In this document: one piece after another, positions 1 to 13,052 of the stretch
How positions within the stretch are numbered: the first letter of the stretch is position 1
Layout of the letters: each line of letters opens with the position of its first letter
Origin: Podarcis liolepis
Lineage: Eukaryota
Direction: 5' to 3' (one strand)
NCBI GenBank assembly: GCA_965112155.1
Contig: OZ218102.1
DNA length: 64,000 nucleotides
Program-made: the position numbers and the translations under genes
The notes under the pieces: model-generated
Told to the model about the DNA's origin: nothing
The model's database searches: none
What the model saw: only the letters and a program-made list of their open reading frames with translations

Positions 1-1573
1 AAGACAATCCTAGTTGTTCTTAGGTTACAGTAGCACCCCCATGCTCAGCCCCTGCAAAAAGTAAGAGAAAATGTTCCTGCCTATGCCCCCCCCCCCAAAG
101 GCATAGGTAGCGAAGCTGGACAATGAAAGAGAAGAAGACAGAAAACTTGGCTGCAGTGCAGTTTTGGATGGGAAGAGAAAAAGGTGGTGCAGCTCTTTCT
201 TCATTGCTCCACCAATGGTACAGTAAGCCTGCTTTTCAGCCAGAGCTCACAGGAGAAACAGAAAGTGGGGCTGTTCATACGGATTATAGCCAAGGGCTCA
301 ATCCCAGCATTAACAATCTGGTATTATCAGGCCCCATCCAAGAGAAGCCATTTTTAATTTAGGGTTGGGATGTGGGAAATTCCTACAGATCTTTTATTTG
401 CACTCTTCCACAATTAAAGATCAAAGAGATCCAACATATTTCGGTCTATAAAGCACAAAGCCTTGTATCCATTAACACAGCTTTCATTAGGATAAGGTCA
501 GTGTTTCTGTGCAATCAGCTTCCACTCACAGCCACCTTGCTGAGTGCTCAGCAGTTCTCGTGAGCCAAGACTGAGCCCTAGCACTGAGCCAAACCTCCCT
601 TTGACAAATTCACCCTGTTCCATCTTTATGCCCGCACAATGCCAAACTGTATTTTAGCCTTTACCCAGTAATACTGCAATGCCAGCAGAGCTTTTTCCTC
701 TGTGTGCATTACATTGCCAGGGGGGCAGGCCAGGCAGAATAAATTTCAAGGCCCCTCCTTAGAGTTGTTTATCTTTAAATGGACTTGCACCAGACGGCTC
801 TTCAAATAGAACTTTCAGATAGAGGACTGTGCTTTCCATACTTCAGATAGAGGACCATGCATATGATCACCTTATGTATGTAAGAGTTTATTAATAGTAA
901 ACAGACATTATTTGAGGGGCTTTTTTTTAGTTTTGCTCTCGCCATACTTTTAAAGTTTTAGGATTCTTTTTCAGTTTTTCTTTTTAAAAAGTATTTGAAT
1001 CTTACATTTTGTGGCATTTCATAGTATATAGAGTCTAATAGCAGAAAACAAGGTTTTTAAATATCTGGGGGAGGGGAAATATTCCCTGGGTAGAACATCA
1101 TCATGAAATACATAAACACAAACTCCTCTCAGCTGAGCACCACCCTGAAATTCAGTAGGTCTGGACAGATTTTACTTCTGCTTAAACAATCACAACTTGG
1201 TTATGGGAGACTAAAGGAGGGTTAACTCCTGCTCTCCAAGGGGACTAGTTTGACAGGAGGAACTGCTGTACCCATGCAGGAGAGGCAGAATAAAAGAATA
1301 AAATAACAATCACCAAAAGATTCACAAAATGGGAGGAAATCAAAAACCCACAGTAGGACAATACTTTAATTAGAACCAATCATGATGCCACAAAATAATT
1401 CACAAGTTTTTGATCTCTTCAGAACAGTTTCTCAGAATGCTAAACAAAAGAAAACAAGGTTGGAGCGAGGGGGGAGCTGAAACAGTCTTAAGATGGGCTC
1501 TGCTCTGTTGGGGACAAAAGGAGCAACGGTCTTACTAGAGTTTGCTATTTTGAAAAAAGAGCTACGTGTTCTA

Positions 1574-1710
1574 CAGGTGTGGGGAACATTTGGCCTTCCT
1601 GGTGTTGCTGAACCACAACTCCCACCACCCTGGCCGTTGACCATGCTTGTTGGGGCAGATGGGAGTTGTAGTCCAGTAACAACTTGAGGGCCAAAAGTTG
1701 TCCACACCTG
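1574..1710. mobile_element. ~140-bp palindromic hAT-type MITE; other copies at about 15269-15406, 19631-19771, 23616-23740, 29351-29441, 30208-30333 and 32968-33105
   Basis: CAGGGGTGGGGAAC-like terminal inverted repeats and internal ACAACTCCCATCA...TGATGGGAGTTGT arms. The 19631 copy has a near-identical 8-bp flank duplication (ctgtattt/ttgtattt). Confidence 0.8.
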
Positions 1711-1806
1711 TTGTGCAGTGAGCACAGAATTACAAAATGTTAAATCTGTGTATGTGTGTATTTTCACGTTTCCCTCATTTTGTGTGTGTGTGTGTGTGTG
1801 TGTATA

Positions 1807-2047
1807 CAGTAGTACCTCGGTTTATGAACTTAATCCGTTCTGGAAGTCCGTTCTCAAACCAAAGCTGTTCTTAAACTGAGGTGCGCTTTCCCTAATGAAG
1901 CCTCCCGCTGCCGGTGCCCTTCCACCGTTTGGCTTCTGTTCGTAGACTGAGGTAAAGTTTGGTAACCGGAACACTACTTCCGGTTTTGCGGAGTTCGTAT
2001 ACCAAATAGTTCGTAAACAGGGTTGTTCTTAAAGTGAGGTACCACTG
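1807..2047. mobile_element. Tc1/mariner (Tigger-like) MITE
   Basis: CAGT(A/G)GTACCTC terminal inverted repeats with TA target duplication on both sides. Confidence 0.9.
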
Positions 2048-2954
2048 TATACACACACACACACATTCACAAAATGAGGTAGACATGAGGATAGGAGAGT
2101 TGCTAATCATTAATTACACTGTGAATAATAATCCATAGGCTGCCCCGGCACTTGTAGGTAGGCTTGTTTGGGATCAGGTGCCTCTGAATTGAATGACTTT
2201 CCAAGGGAGGACAAAAAGAAGCTGCTTTCGCCATCCTGCACCATCTCGGGATTCATCGTCTCCCACCTACCTTGTCCTGCCCTTTTCTTATGCTGGGCAA
2301 CAGCCAGAAAAAAGCCAGTCTAGTGCTTGGCATAGACACAGGGATGATCAGCGTGGACTGCAGTGGGGCTGACTGCAGGGCCGCATCCATTAATATCTGC
2401 AAACCATTAGGGGATTTTGTTTCACCAGCTGGCATGATGCAGCAGTGCCTGGCCTGGGAGCACTTTTGTGGTCAGAAATAACACACGGAGGGAGGGGGAG
2501 GCAGGGACCGGAGGATCAGCTCGGAAACAGGGATGGATCCTCACTCATGCCCTCGAGCAATGTACTTGCTGGGTGGGAAGGTGGAGACCAGGGCAGAGCC
2601 ATATAGGCCAAAGAGAACAGGTAGGTTCTCATTTCTGCTTCAAGGGTGACAAAAATTTGTAGGAGGGAAATGGCACATAAGAATTCCTCTCACAAGTTCC
2701 CAGCATTGTATCAGTCTTGAGCAGGGCACTCTAGGGAACTTGTCTTGAGTTACAGGATTTCCCACAGACCTAGTAGCGATGGCAGGCTACTAGATCAGCT
2801 GACTGGCAGAACTTCAGGAGTCATCTTTTACTTTGGCAGGTGGGTGTGACATGGCCAGAATGGCCTGAGGGCCCAATGATGTGAGGCCTGGCAGGCCTAA
2901 TTAAGCCTATGGAAGTTCCCCTCTCCCACTGCTCTAAAATAAAACTGCAAATAT

Positions 2955-3597
2955 CACAGTGCTGTTACACAAATCTACGGTGTGACTGCATTTGGAATAT
3001 TGTGTACAGTCCTGGTCACCTCACCTCAAAAAGTATATTGTAGAGTTGGAAAAAAGATTCAGAAAAGGGCAACCAATCTGATCACGGGGATGAAATAACT
3101 CCACTATGAGGAAAGGTTGCAGCATTTCAGGCTTCTTAGCTTAAAGAAAAGGTGAATGAGAGGTTTATAAAATTATGTGTGGCATGGAGAAAGTGAATAG
3201 AGAGCAGTTTTTCTCCTTACACTCATTGACATCCCATGAAGCTGAATGTTGAAAGATTCAGAACAGATAAAAAGAAAGTACTTCTTCAGAAGGTTGACAG
3301 TTCAACTATGGAACTTGCTCCCACAGGAGGCAGCGATGGGCACCAATGTGGACAGCTTTAAAAGAGGATTAGATGGATTCATGGATAATAACACTATCTG
3401 TGACTACTAGCTATGATGGCTATGCTCTGCCTCTGTGATCAGAGGCATTAGGTTTCTGAATGCCAGTTGCTGGAAACAGCAGGAGGGGAGAGTGCTCTTG
3501 AATTCAGGTCATGCTTGCAAGTTTCCCATATGTATCTGGCTGGCTATTGGGAGAACAAGAAGCTGGACTAGATAAGCAGACTCTTCTTACATTCTTA
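2955..3597 (+). mobile_element. Old CR1 LINE 3' fragment
   Basis: Degenerate CR1 ORF2 C-terminal sequence (catttggaatattgtgtacag...cctcacctcaaaaag) plus 3' UTR shared with other copies in the window. Confidence 0.8.
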
Positions 3598-4203
3598 CAC
3601 CATTTACAAAGTGGTTGTGGAAGAAATGAAAAGCAGGGCTCGCTCCCATCAGCTCTGCTGAAAGACCAGCTCCATCTGGCACATCCTGTCCCTGAACTAT
3701 TTAACTTTAGGAATTGGTACCTGAGTTTGCTTTTCCCTCTTCGCTACCTGTCCATTTCCCCATGTGTGTGCCATGCCTTTTATAATGTAAGCTTGTGGGC
3801 AGGGACTATCTTATTTGTATGTAAACCACTCTGGGAGCCTTTTGGGGGTACAAATGCACTAAATAGATAGATAAATAATTGTGGAGGACTAGGGACCTCT
3901 AGCCACATGCCTGCTCCTGTGCTCCTGCAAAGGTGCTGCAAATGACTCTTCATGCAGTTCTCAAGTCATTATTGTGCCCTACAAGACCAGATTATGGAGA
4001 ACCGCAGAGCAACCAATGACAACATTTTGCTGGACAAAGCAAAACAGGACTTGTCGTGGTACTCTATTCTTTAGTGGATGTACCTATATAGGCATAATAT
4101 TCTGATTAGATACCATAATTGCAAATCAGAGGCATCAGATTTGATTAGGCCCTACACTTCATGCACAAGGAAAATAAAGAAGCATTATAGAGAGACACTG
4201 TAT

Positions 4204-4392
4204 AGGATCACAGGAAGGTGCCTTCTACTGAGTCATACCATTGGTCCATCTAACTCAGGGTTGTTTTGACTAAATGGCAGAAGCTCTCTGAGGTTTCAGG
4301 AAGGGGACATTCCCAGCCCTACCAGGAGTTGTCGACTGACCCTGGGACCTTCTGGATCCAAGGCAGATGCTCTAACACTGAATGCACTTCCT
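4204..4392 (-). mobile_element. Old tRNA-derived SINE; related copies at about 6080-6210, 24630-24800, 33527-34697 (split), 38951-39130, 48770-48947, 55165-55375 and 56780-56962
   Basis: Shared tRNA-like head (gctcagtggtagagc...tgcatgcagaagg...ggttcaatccc) and shared tail (...tataaggcagcttcct). Confidence 0.7.
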
Positions 4393-6035
4393 TTATGCAT
4401 GTAGGCAACTGGCGTGGCTGCTAGAAGAGGCACAGAATGCACCCACCACAGAAACCAAGTGGGCTGTCAGAGGGTTAGGGAAGCCCCCTGCTCCACAGCC
4501 AGCAGAGAAATACAACAGGCTGCTGCAAGAAGGATGGAATTCTGCATCGCATCTCTACAAACTCCAGCAGGCCGTTAAATCCCCCCCCCCCAGGCTAGTG
4601 TGGGTTTATTGACAAGACTCCCTTTCTCTGTGATCTTGAACTCTGCCATTCTCTGCTATGTGACCCATTTTCCCTTACCCATTTGCCAAGTATCAATGTT
4701 ACCATGTAGGTTGTGAACAGATTATTGGTTATGTTAATAGCAATGCGTTTCTGGTTTTGTCTCTTTGCTAAGTTTATAGCCAGGGGTGACTGTCTATGCA
4801 CGGGAAACAAGAGGTCAGACTACAATAGTGTTGTGAAACAGATAGATGACGAAGTAAAAGGTGCTTCGTAGGGCCATCTATAGAGATGGTGTTTTACTGG
4901 CTCTGCAGCCATGCATTGAAGAAGTGCGACCATCAGACAACTGGGGTGACTTGTTAACCTTGGATATGCCACAGTTTTATCTGCCAGACTATGATCTCTC
5001 TCCTTGTGTAGACACATATTGAATGTCTGCATCCTCTCAGGCAGAAAATCCATTCTAAAAACCAAACAGCCAAAGAATTAGACTCCACTCCCTGTAGCCC
5101 AAACTAAGTCATCTGCAAAGCAACTGGATGCTGCCCTCCAACACATAAATCTCTGGGAAGTCCCAGTCTCAAGCAGCAACAAGTAGAGCAGCCACAGATC
5201 TCTGTCCAGAATGTCTGCACAAAGAGATAACGCAGCAGGCACAATGGAGGGGGCAGAGTTAAGCCCAACTCTCAGTGGAGAAAGCAGGCAGGAATGGAAA
5301 ACCCATGAAAGGCAAAGCACCATAGCTGCAGCAAAGCATGTAATCCACTTCTGTGACACCTAACTTGCCCCTCTCCGCCAAAGGGGTGGGGAAAATGGGA
5401 CTGGTTTTTTCCAAGGTGAAAGTAGGAACTGAAACAAACTTATTTACACTCGTGGCTACATGGCCAGTGTGAAAATGGAATGTCCCATGAATGGGGAAGG
5501 GTGGGAAAGATCCTTTATGAGCTCCCAGAACCACGAAATCTCCTCCAAAATATCATACTAAGCAATGGAGTCCAGCTCTGGGAGCAGCCTGTCACAGGGC
5601 AGGAGTAGGCAAGTGACACAAGGGTCAAACTATGCACAGAGCATTCTTGCCCAAGCAGAATCTACGGTGGCTTGCTTGCTTTTCTTATTTCCCTGTCTCT
5701 GCGTCTTGGAACTGTATTGGTTTTCAGGGCTAATGCCCAGAGTCCTACAGGCAAGCAACCTCAGGCAACTTGTTCAACACTCAGGGCTTAGCCACACTTC
5801 CTCTCATTCTGCCACTTTCCCCTGGGGGAAACTCTGCTTTTTCAATTTGAGCAAACAGCATTTTGCCATTTGTTCCAATCTATCACTAAAGAATGGCTTT
5901 TCACTTGCAGAGGAGCGGGGCAAGGGGAAAACCACTCAGACCTGTCCTTCCATGCATGGCACAAGCAGAAGTGCGGATGAGCCCACAGTGGAGAAAGAAC
6001 ATGTGAGCCATCTAATCACCTGGTCAAACTATTAC

Positions 6036-6050
6036 CCTTATATGGCGTCA
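6036..6050. promoter_or_regulatory. CArG box (SRF) overlapping a CRE-like site
   Basis: CCTTATATGG at 6036-6045 overlapping TGGCGTCA. Motif match only. Confidence 0.3.
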
Positions 6051-7700
6051 TCACATATTATTTTCATTCTGCAATGTTATAGGAATATTGGAAGCTGCCT
6101 TATACCATGTGAGATCACTGGTCCATCTAGCTCAGTACTAGATGGTGGGGATTGAACCTGGAAACCTTTGCATGCAAAGCACATGCGCTTCACTGAGTTA
6201 CAGCCCTTCCTCTTCTATTTTTTTTAAAAAATAAATTTATTTAATTTTCAGATTTTGAAATTTACAATCAATCGTCAAGCAATCAAAATGAAAAGAGACT
6301 TCCATAAATTCCCATGGACTTCCCTCCTCCGCTTTGTGGGTCCTTATGTTAACATTTTTCCTCCTGCATCTTCCTCTTCTAAGTGCTGCAGTGAGGGACA
6401 ATGGGTTCCTCCAGACAAGCACTATTTTCAGGGAGGGACTCAAGGGCATACTGGAAATATAGGTTTGTGCTGTTGAAGTGGATTAAAGTGATCTGTTGCC
6501 CCAGACTTTTTGCAGCTAAGAAAGTGACTAGGAAGTGCACTTAAAAGGATGGGATGAGCAAGTGATTAGTAAGAAGATCATTTCCTATTAATCAGAATGA
6601 ATGTTCATTTCCACATGACCCCCCCTTGCAAACAAATCAGAATGAATGCTTAATAAAGCCTGGTCATAATCTAAGTTCCAGGTAAGATCTGTGCAAGCAA
6701 ATTAGCACGAGTGCTTAATAAACAGGTCGCCTAGAGAAGCCCAGTCTCAAGGAAGTCTAGCATAGGAAGAGAGGGGCTGACACCTTGAAGCAGAAGGGCA
6801 TTTGCAGAGTCCATCACATCAAAGCACTGTACAGAAACAGAGATCGTTATACAGGGCTCAGCAATATTTTCACACTTCCAACTAGAATAAGCACACAGTG
6901 CCTGTCTCTAGTCATACAATACTACTGCTTCACATGTGTTTATTGCCAACAGAAAGCAAGCTACCACCTCTATCAACATAATAACCCATATACACAGTGC
7001 CCCCTCCACCTTCCAATGCCATCCGTCACACATCTCCTGCTCAGGTTCACCATGCTTGTTTACCAGTCCACACTCCAAGCATGCACCCCTAAAATGTTTT
7101 TTGCATGCAAGGTGAACGCATGTATTAGTGGCACCAAGTTGGTGCCACACTCGTGCCCACTTGCTACAGATCTAGATGGGGTTCAGAAAGTTCCATGGTT
7201 TCCTGCCTCTTTAAGAAGTCATCACCCTGGCAGGGGACACTGTGTCCAACACAGGCTTGTGGCTTAGATGACCTGCCTGCTTCAAAGTTCTACTTCCCCC
7301 AAGGCTCACCCATTTGGTGTAGAGCTTCTCTCTTACTTTGCACAAAGTACAAGTTTATTTTAGTTTCCAGTTCTCACCTTAAGGATAGGCATTGCTGCTT
7401 ATCCTCTGTATTTAGCATGGTCTTCAACTGCATGCACTCCAAAAGGTGTACGACCCTTTCCACACTCTCATTGCCCCTTAGAGACCATCCAAGTATTATT
7501 ATTTTTTATTTTCGAAGGGATAATAAAGCCTTCTGGGTTGCAGCAGAGGCTCCCTCTCCACTGTTGAACTAAACTTAACTACCCATTGCCCTGTCAAAAG
7601 TGATAGATTTGGCTAATCAAGGCTCACCCTACAACCAGCCAGAGGAGTACAGATTAAGCAGAGCCAGTTCCCCAGGACCACCCCTTTCCCTGTGCATTAC

Positions 7701-7803
7701 CTTCCAAGGAGACCGGCTCAAAGAGTCCAAACTGCTCCAGCACCTTGACGAAGAGGACCAGAACCACCAACACGGCAATCATCTCCAGGCCTTCCAGGTT
7801 CAT
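7701..7803 (-). CDS. KCNIP2: KCNIP2 alternative first coding exon, KChIP2x/KIS-type N-terminal transmembrane segment (MNLEGLEMIAVLVVLVLFVKVLEQFGLFEPVSLE)
   Basis: ATG at 7803 (context ttcaccATG), 34 codons + 1 nt, then GAAG|GTAATG donor (phase 1). The peptide is nearly identical to the mammalian KChIP2x N-terminus as I recall it and homologous to the KChIP4a K-channel inactivation suppressor domain. Confidence 0.95.
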
Positions 7804-8688
7804 GGTGAAGGGGACTCATGGCATCAAGGCCCTCAAGCCCACCCGTGCCTGCTCTCCCAGCTCCTCACTCACCCCAGTTCAGCCAGGGTCACCCACATGC
7901 CCGTGGGTCCTTGTATTCCCTTTGAAACGGTGCTGCTGCTTTCAACCCTGCTGCTGAAGATCAGCCTCCATCAGGAACAGCACTGAGGGCACCTCTGACC
8001 CTCTCCCAAGGGGCACAGAGATTGCTGTGCCTGCTAAGGGGAGAAAAGGGTCACACAGTGCAGGGCAGGGAGTTTGCGAAGTCTGAGGCAGTGGAGTCTG
8101 AGCTGCGCTTGCCTGGCTCACAGAGATGAAAGTGAGAGGGAGAGAGGGAGCGTGGCAGCAGCGCCAAGAGAGAAATGCAAGGGGGGGGGAGAGGAATGTG
8201 TGCAGAAGGAGCCCTGCCCTCCCATCCCATCCCAATGACACCAACACAATCGATTTGCTTAATGCAGCTGCTAAGGAGATGGGAGAGTTAAGAGGATCTT
8301 GGCTTGTGCCCAGGAAAGTTCAGTGCAGATAGGAGGGGGCATTAAACAGGGAGAGACCTTCCTGTGACGCCTCAACATGTCCAGTCCCAGCACTGCTGCG
8401 GGAGGACACCTGTATCTCTCTAGGCACTGCCCTTGCCCATCTCTTGCCGCAGAGGAAACAACGGAGCTTAAAATGTGCAGAGGACAACATACTCTGGAAA
8501 ACTTCAACCCAGCCTGAGAGTCCACCCCAGAACACCCAGCTGAGCAAGGCTAGCCCATATGGTGACTACCAGTTTCTTAATGTTCTTCCCATCATCCTAC
8601 ATGGTTCTCCTTTCTATTTTTTTTTACAATGGTTCTCCTTGATAATTCCACCATCGCAAAGTGCATCCTAGCTGCCTCTGCTTGGACG

Positions 8689-8730
<42 letters not shown>
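8689..8730. repeat. (TG)n microsatellite; (CA)n tracts also at about 11257-11300, 13091-13118 and 24927-24950; (TTG)n at about 41891-41934
   Basis: Direct reading. Confidence 0.95.
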
Positions 8731-8731
<1 letters not shown>

Positions 8732-10664
8732 GGTGGTTAAGAAGTATCATGCTGGACTAAAGGGTGAGGATTGCATAGTATCATAAGACCAAGGGGGGAG
8801 GGTAATGATAAACTAGCTCACTGGGCAGAGAAGGAACACCCAATGCCTGACTTTAGAAGGAATCCCTATCTAAGGCAGCATCCAAGCCTTCAGAATTTCT
8901 TCCCCAATAATGCCCCACAGACGCCAAGGGGAGAACTGGCCTGGGGGTGGAATTCTAGTGCCAGAGGAGAAAGCAGCCTGCTTTGCAGCTGGCAGCAGTC
9001 AGGTATATTTACTGATGTTGTTTCAGCCGCTACCTGTAAATTGATAGCCAGGGCTCAAAGCAGACACTAGAAATACACTACGCACACCAATATTCAGAAA
9101 GCTATTGATTGCCTGGCATGGGGAGGGGAAGGGTTTGTCAAAGGATATAAAAGTAGCAGCATGGCAATAAAAATAGCCTGCCAACACCTGACAGGTCCCC
9201 TACTTGTTCACCTTCTAGATACTTCTATTTATTTTTTCTACTGCCTGACTTGTTGTTTTTTAAATCCACCGTCAGCAAAAATGGCACTAACAAAGACGTT
9301 GCCAAAGGTATGCAAGTTTTTCCCCCAGCCATCAACCTGATTGGCATCTAAAACACCTGACTAGCTTTCAAATCCATTCCTATCCCTGCCTAAGGAGGGA
9401 GAAGAGTGGAGAATGGGAGCATCCAATATCCCACGTACAAGTTCTACTACTTCTGGGTGTCTCCACGACTGTGCCCCAAACTCCTTCAGCCCCAGCTTTT
9501 AGATACCTCCGTTGTGCTGTTGGTGTTCTCCCTTAGCCCTTCTCACCCACCTGGTCTATATTTTTGTCACCACACATACCTAGAAGTGCCCGGATCTTAA
9601 CAGCTTAGTGAGCAGCAGCATTGGCAGTTTCTGACTGGCTAAGCCTTTCACTTGTAGAACTGGATGTGCCTGAACCAGAGTCAAGAAAAATGCCAGGGCC
9701 TGGTGCCAGGATTCAGGGGAGGGGGAGGGCCTGCCCAGGCTCTGCATATTACTCATACCAGCAGAGCCCAGGGGAGGCTGCCAGCCTGGCATTGGCGCCT
9801 GCTCTTCAGATAGACGAAACCTGAAACAAGAGCCCCAACTGTGGCCTGCTGGAAGAGGGCAAGGGTTGCCCAGGCCAATGATTCTCCCATTGCAAGAGTT
9901 AATTCCTTAATCCCCACAAACCATTGGTTATTATCACTCATCAGAGACAACTCTGCACCCCAGTCCAGCCAGCCACTCTTATTACAGAGCAGAAGAGAAG
10001 AGTGCACTTATACCAATGGGATAGTGAGTAGAGATGTCAGTGTATGTGTCATCCTCATCCCTCTAGTCACTTTGCATCTCTTTCCAAACGTTGAGTCCAA
10101 AGGAGAAGAGGAACTGGGTACAGATCCCTGGTGGATCTGGAGGTTCCTCCTACTCTCCCTCACCCCGCCAAACACCATCAGGTCAGGAGATTTTGCTCTG
10201 CACCTCTGCAGGGCTGGATTACGCTAGCCTCGCTCTCTCATTCTGATGCATTCATTCCGTCCGAGAAATCCCTCCTGCCAGGCATAAGCTTTCATGGACT
10301 AGCGTCCACTTCTTTAGATGCACAAAAGTGTTACCCTAAATTGGCAGTACATACACACAGTTGTGGAGAGGAAAGAATATGAGCTGTGAAGTCAGAGGGA
10401 GGTGGGGAAATGAGAGAGCGCAGACTGTAACTTGTACGTTAAGGCTGAGTTAAATGTATGTAAAATCATTAGTAACCATTCACAAAGCAGTGTTGATGAT
10501 GATGCACAGCATCTGTCCTTACAAAAGGGGTAAAATGTGCAAACTCATTTAGCAGAGATTCCCTGTTGAAAGACACAAAGGAATGTGTGGGGGAGATCCC
10601 GGAGCTTGAGCAGCTACACAGCTAAACGCAGAGAGTAGGCCTTTTTGCAGGGAAGCCGAGTGCT

Positions 10665-10736
10665 TTGTTGTTGTTGTTTAGTCGTTTAGTCGTGTCCGAC
10701 TCTTCGTGACCCCCCTGGACCAGGGCACGCCAGGCA
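10665..10736 (-). mobile_element. Extremely 5'-truncated Bov-B (RTE) 3' end
   Basis: Matches the tail of the 18.5-kb Bov-B copy, with a (CAA)n tail and GAGTGCT target-site duplication. Confidence 0.85.
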
Positions 10737-10987
10737 GAGTGCTAACAGGTGCCAAAAGCCAGAGATACTGTTATCTCAATGCAGCCTCAGGACACAACAA
10801 AATCCCACCTCCTCCTTAATGTTCATGTATGTGGGAGGGGTTGGGGAATCTTTGTATGATCCTTGTGACAGTAGGGCTGGCACCCAGGTCAAATACTGTA
10901 TGTAGTGAATTACAACACTAAAAACTACCTCTTGCTATTAGATCAGGATTTATAATTATGTATGTGCATTGCCAACTGTATATCTAC

Positions 10988-11253
10988 AGCTCCTGCCAAC
11001 CTAGCAGTTCAAAAGCACTCCAGTCCAGATAACTAGGTACCGCTGTGGTGGGAAGGTAAGCAGTTTTTCCATGTGCTCTGGTTTCCATCATGGTGTTCCA
11101 TTGCTCTAGAAGTGGTTTAGTCATGCTGGCCACATAACCTGGAAAGCTGTCTTCTGTGAACAAACACCAGCTCCCTTGGCCTGAAAGTGAGATGAGCGTT
11201 GCAACCCCATAGTCACATTTGACTGGACTTAACCGTCCAGGGGTCCTTTACCT

Positions 11254-11255
<2 letters not shown>
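10988..11255 (+). mobile_element. Sauria SINE, 5'-truncated and diverged
   Basis: ctcctgccaacctagcagttc...ggggtcctttacc matches the full-length copies in this window. Confidence 0.9.
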
Positions 11256-11302
<47 letters not shown>

Positions 11303-11688
11303 AATAGGAGACAGAAGCTCTGGAACCAGTAGCCTTCAGACAGATAATGTGAAGGCAGCATTTATCCCCTTAAATGAAAAGCTATTGCAAAGTCAGCCAC
11401 AGTCCACTACAGTCCATACACTCTAAAGTATGGGGTGCTGTCATCCTGCACACTGCTTAGTCCAGCAGCAGCTCCTTAACATAGAATAAAAACTCACAGA
11501 AGTGGAAAGTGTCTATCAAAAGGCAATCTATTCCAGCAGTGAGACAGAATTACGCATCTACCAGCCAACTCCTTTCAAACTAAGCCAAGGTCAGTTTGGC
11601 ACAAAGAGAGGCTGATCTGTTCTCAACCTTGCTGTGCATCTTAAATCCATGCAAACGGAGGCTTGTCGTGTTCCAACTCAGGACAGTG

Positions 11689-11826
11689 TTAAAAGGGCTT
11701 CAGGAAGCTATGGGCACAAGGATGACTAGGGTTGAAGTACCAGAACAGGGTCATCACCAACAAAAGGAGCAGGTCAAAGTAGATGTAAGCCAACACAGCA
11801 ATTATCATCCTGACTATAATAGCCAT
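11689..11826 (-). CDS. Stand-alone 45-aa hydrophobic small ORF (MAIIVRMIIAVLAYIYFDLLLLLVMTLFWYFNPSHPCAHSFLKPF)
   Basis: ATG at 11826 to TAA at 11691-11689, long hydrophobic segment, TATAA-like motifs about 50 and 130 nt upstream on the same strand. No phase-1 donor found. Confidence 0.3.
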   Translation of the reverse strand: MAIIVRMIIAVLAYIYFDLLLLLVMTLFWYFNPSHPCAHSFLKPF

Positions 11827-11989
11827 GAGTTCAGCAACACCAACAGAAGGTTACACCCACAGATTCTTTAGGTAGTTATAAGACACAGAAGTGGGGAGTG
11901 TGACAAGAGGCTCTCTTTGACCTTGCCCCTTCCTTTGAACTTAAATGGACTCTTATAGAAACAAGGGCTTCTTGGCTTGTTTGCACTGT

Positions 11990-13052
11990 GTGCTGAGGGT
12001 CTGTGAGGTGGGTGCTCTTCACATAGATGAAGCAGAACAGGGTGCTCTGCAAGTGCTTGTGTGGTATCCAAGAAGCATCTGGGGAACTTCACCTGCTTAG
12101 AAACCCTCAAGACAATAAACATCTGGCACCAAATTAGTGGTAGCTAGTGGTTTCTAGTGGGGGCTGGCTTGGGACAATGTGCTTCACCCCACCTTGCTTT
12201 GCCAAGAGGATCACATCACTCCCACAACAGCCCACCAGCCACACCTTTGAAACCCGGATGATGAGATGAAGGACAGTCAGGTCACAACACAAATAAAGCT
12301 CAAAAAAGAATCAGCGCAACACTAATGTTTAATTGCTTTCACACTAGCACTCTGCTCAAGACTGCTGCCATCACCACACCATGTATTTAAGCTAATTCCA
12401 TGCAGATAAATAGAGATGGTTCACATACATCGTACACATACGCACAAGAAACTCCAAGCTGATGTGAAGCCTAAGTACTCCTTTCTTATTTAACTCATAA
12501 GGATCTTATGGCCCACTTTACTAAAGAATATTAAGGCAAGCAGGTTAAGTGTATGGGGGTTACATTTCCTGCTCCTATTTCCAGGTATAGTTCGCAATCT
12601 CAGGAGCCAGGTGCTTCTGGAAAGCAATCAAAGCATTCTGATAAAACTGCAGATTGGAACAAACAGCAATATATATGTTATCGCAGTGAGATGAAGAGTG
12701 TTACTTGATCAGCACTTCCAAGTTGTGTCTTGTTAAGCAATGGACTTAGACTGCTGGAGAACTTAAAACATGAGGAGATAACAAAAGACAAACTAAACAC
12801 TTCATTTCTGTGGTTTTTCAATTTTGGTTAATGAAGTTAATATACAGGACATGCATTATTCCCATTTTCTCCAGAATTACTTTTTGTTGTTTAACATGGT
12901 CTTACATGGACGATGCCCTTATATTGCAGGGACATTACTCCCACCTACCCATATTAGATATTTCAGACATGAGAAAATGTGACACTTTCCACAGAAGCAA
13001 TCTCAATAGCTTTGGATGTCTAATGGATAAACAAATATTGCATATGGTACAT
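11990..13052 (+). repeat. Copy 1 of a diverged ~1.05-kb direct duplication
   Basis: Colinear similarity with 16345-17914, e.g. tctggcaccaaattagtgg, accatgtatttaagctaattcca, caatcaaagcattctgataaaactgca. Confidence 0.9.

Noticed and set aside
1345-1440. Degenerate Penelope-like hammerhead remnant on the minus strand
   Set aside because: Catalytic core not intact; too decayed to call.
2253-2435. Minus-strand ORF with an AAG|GTAGGT donor
   Set aside because: The donor is in phase 0 for the ATG frame, and the phase-1 frame has a stop and no ATG.
5565-7572. Several 130-200 aa plus-strand ORFs
   Set aside because: No domain similarity or coding-like composition; one runs into a SINE.
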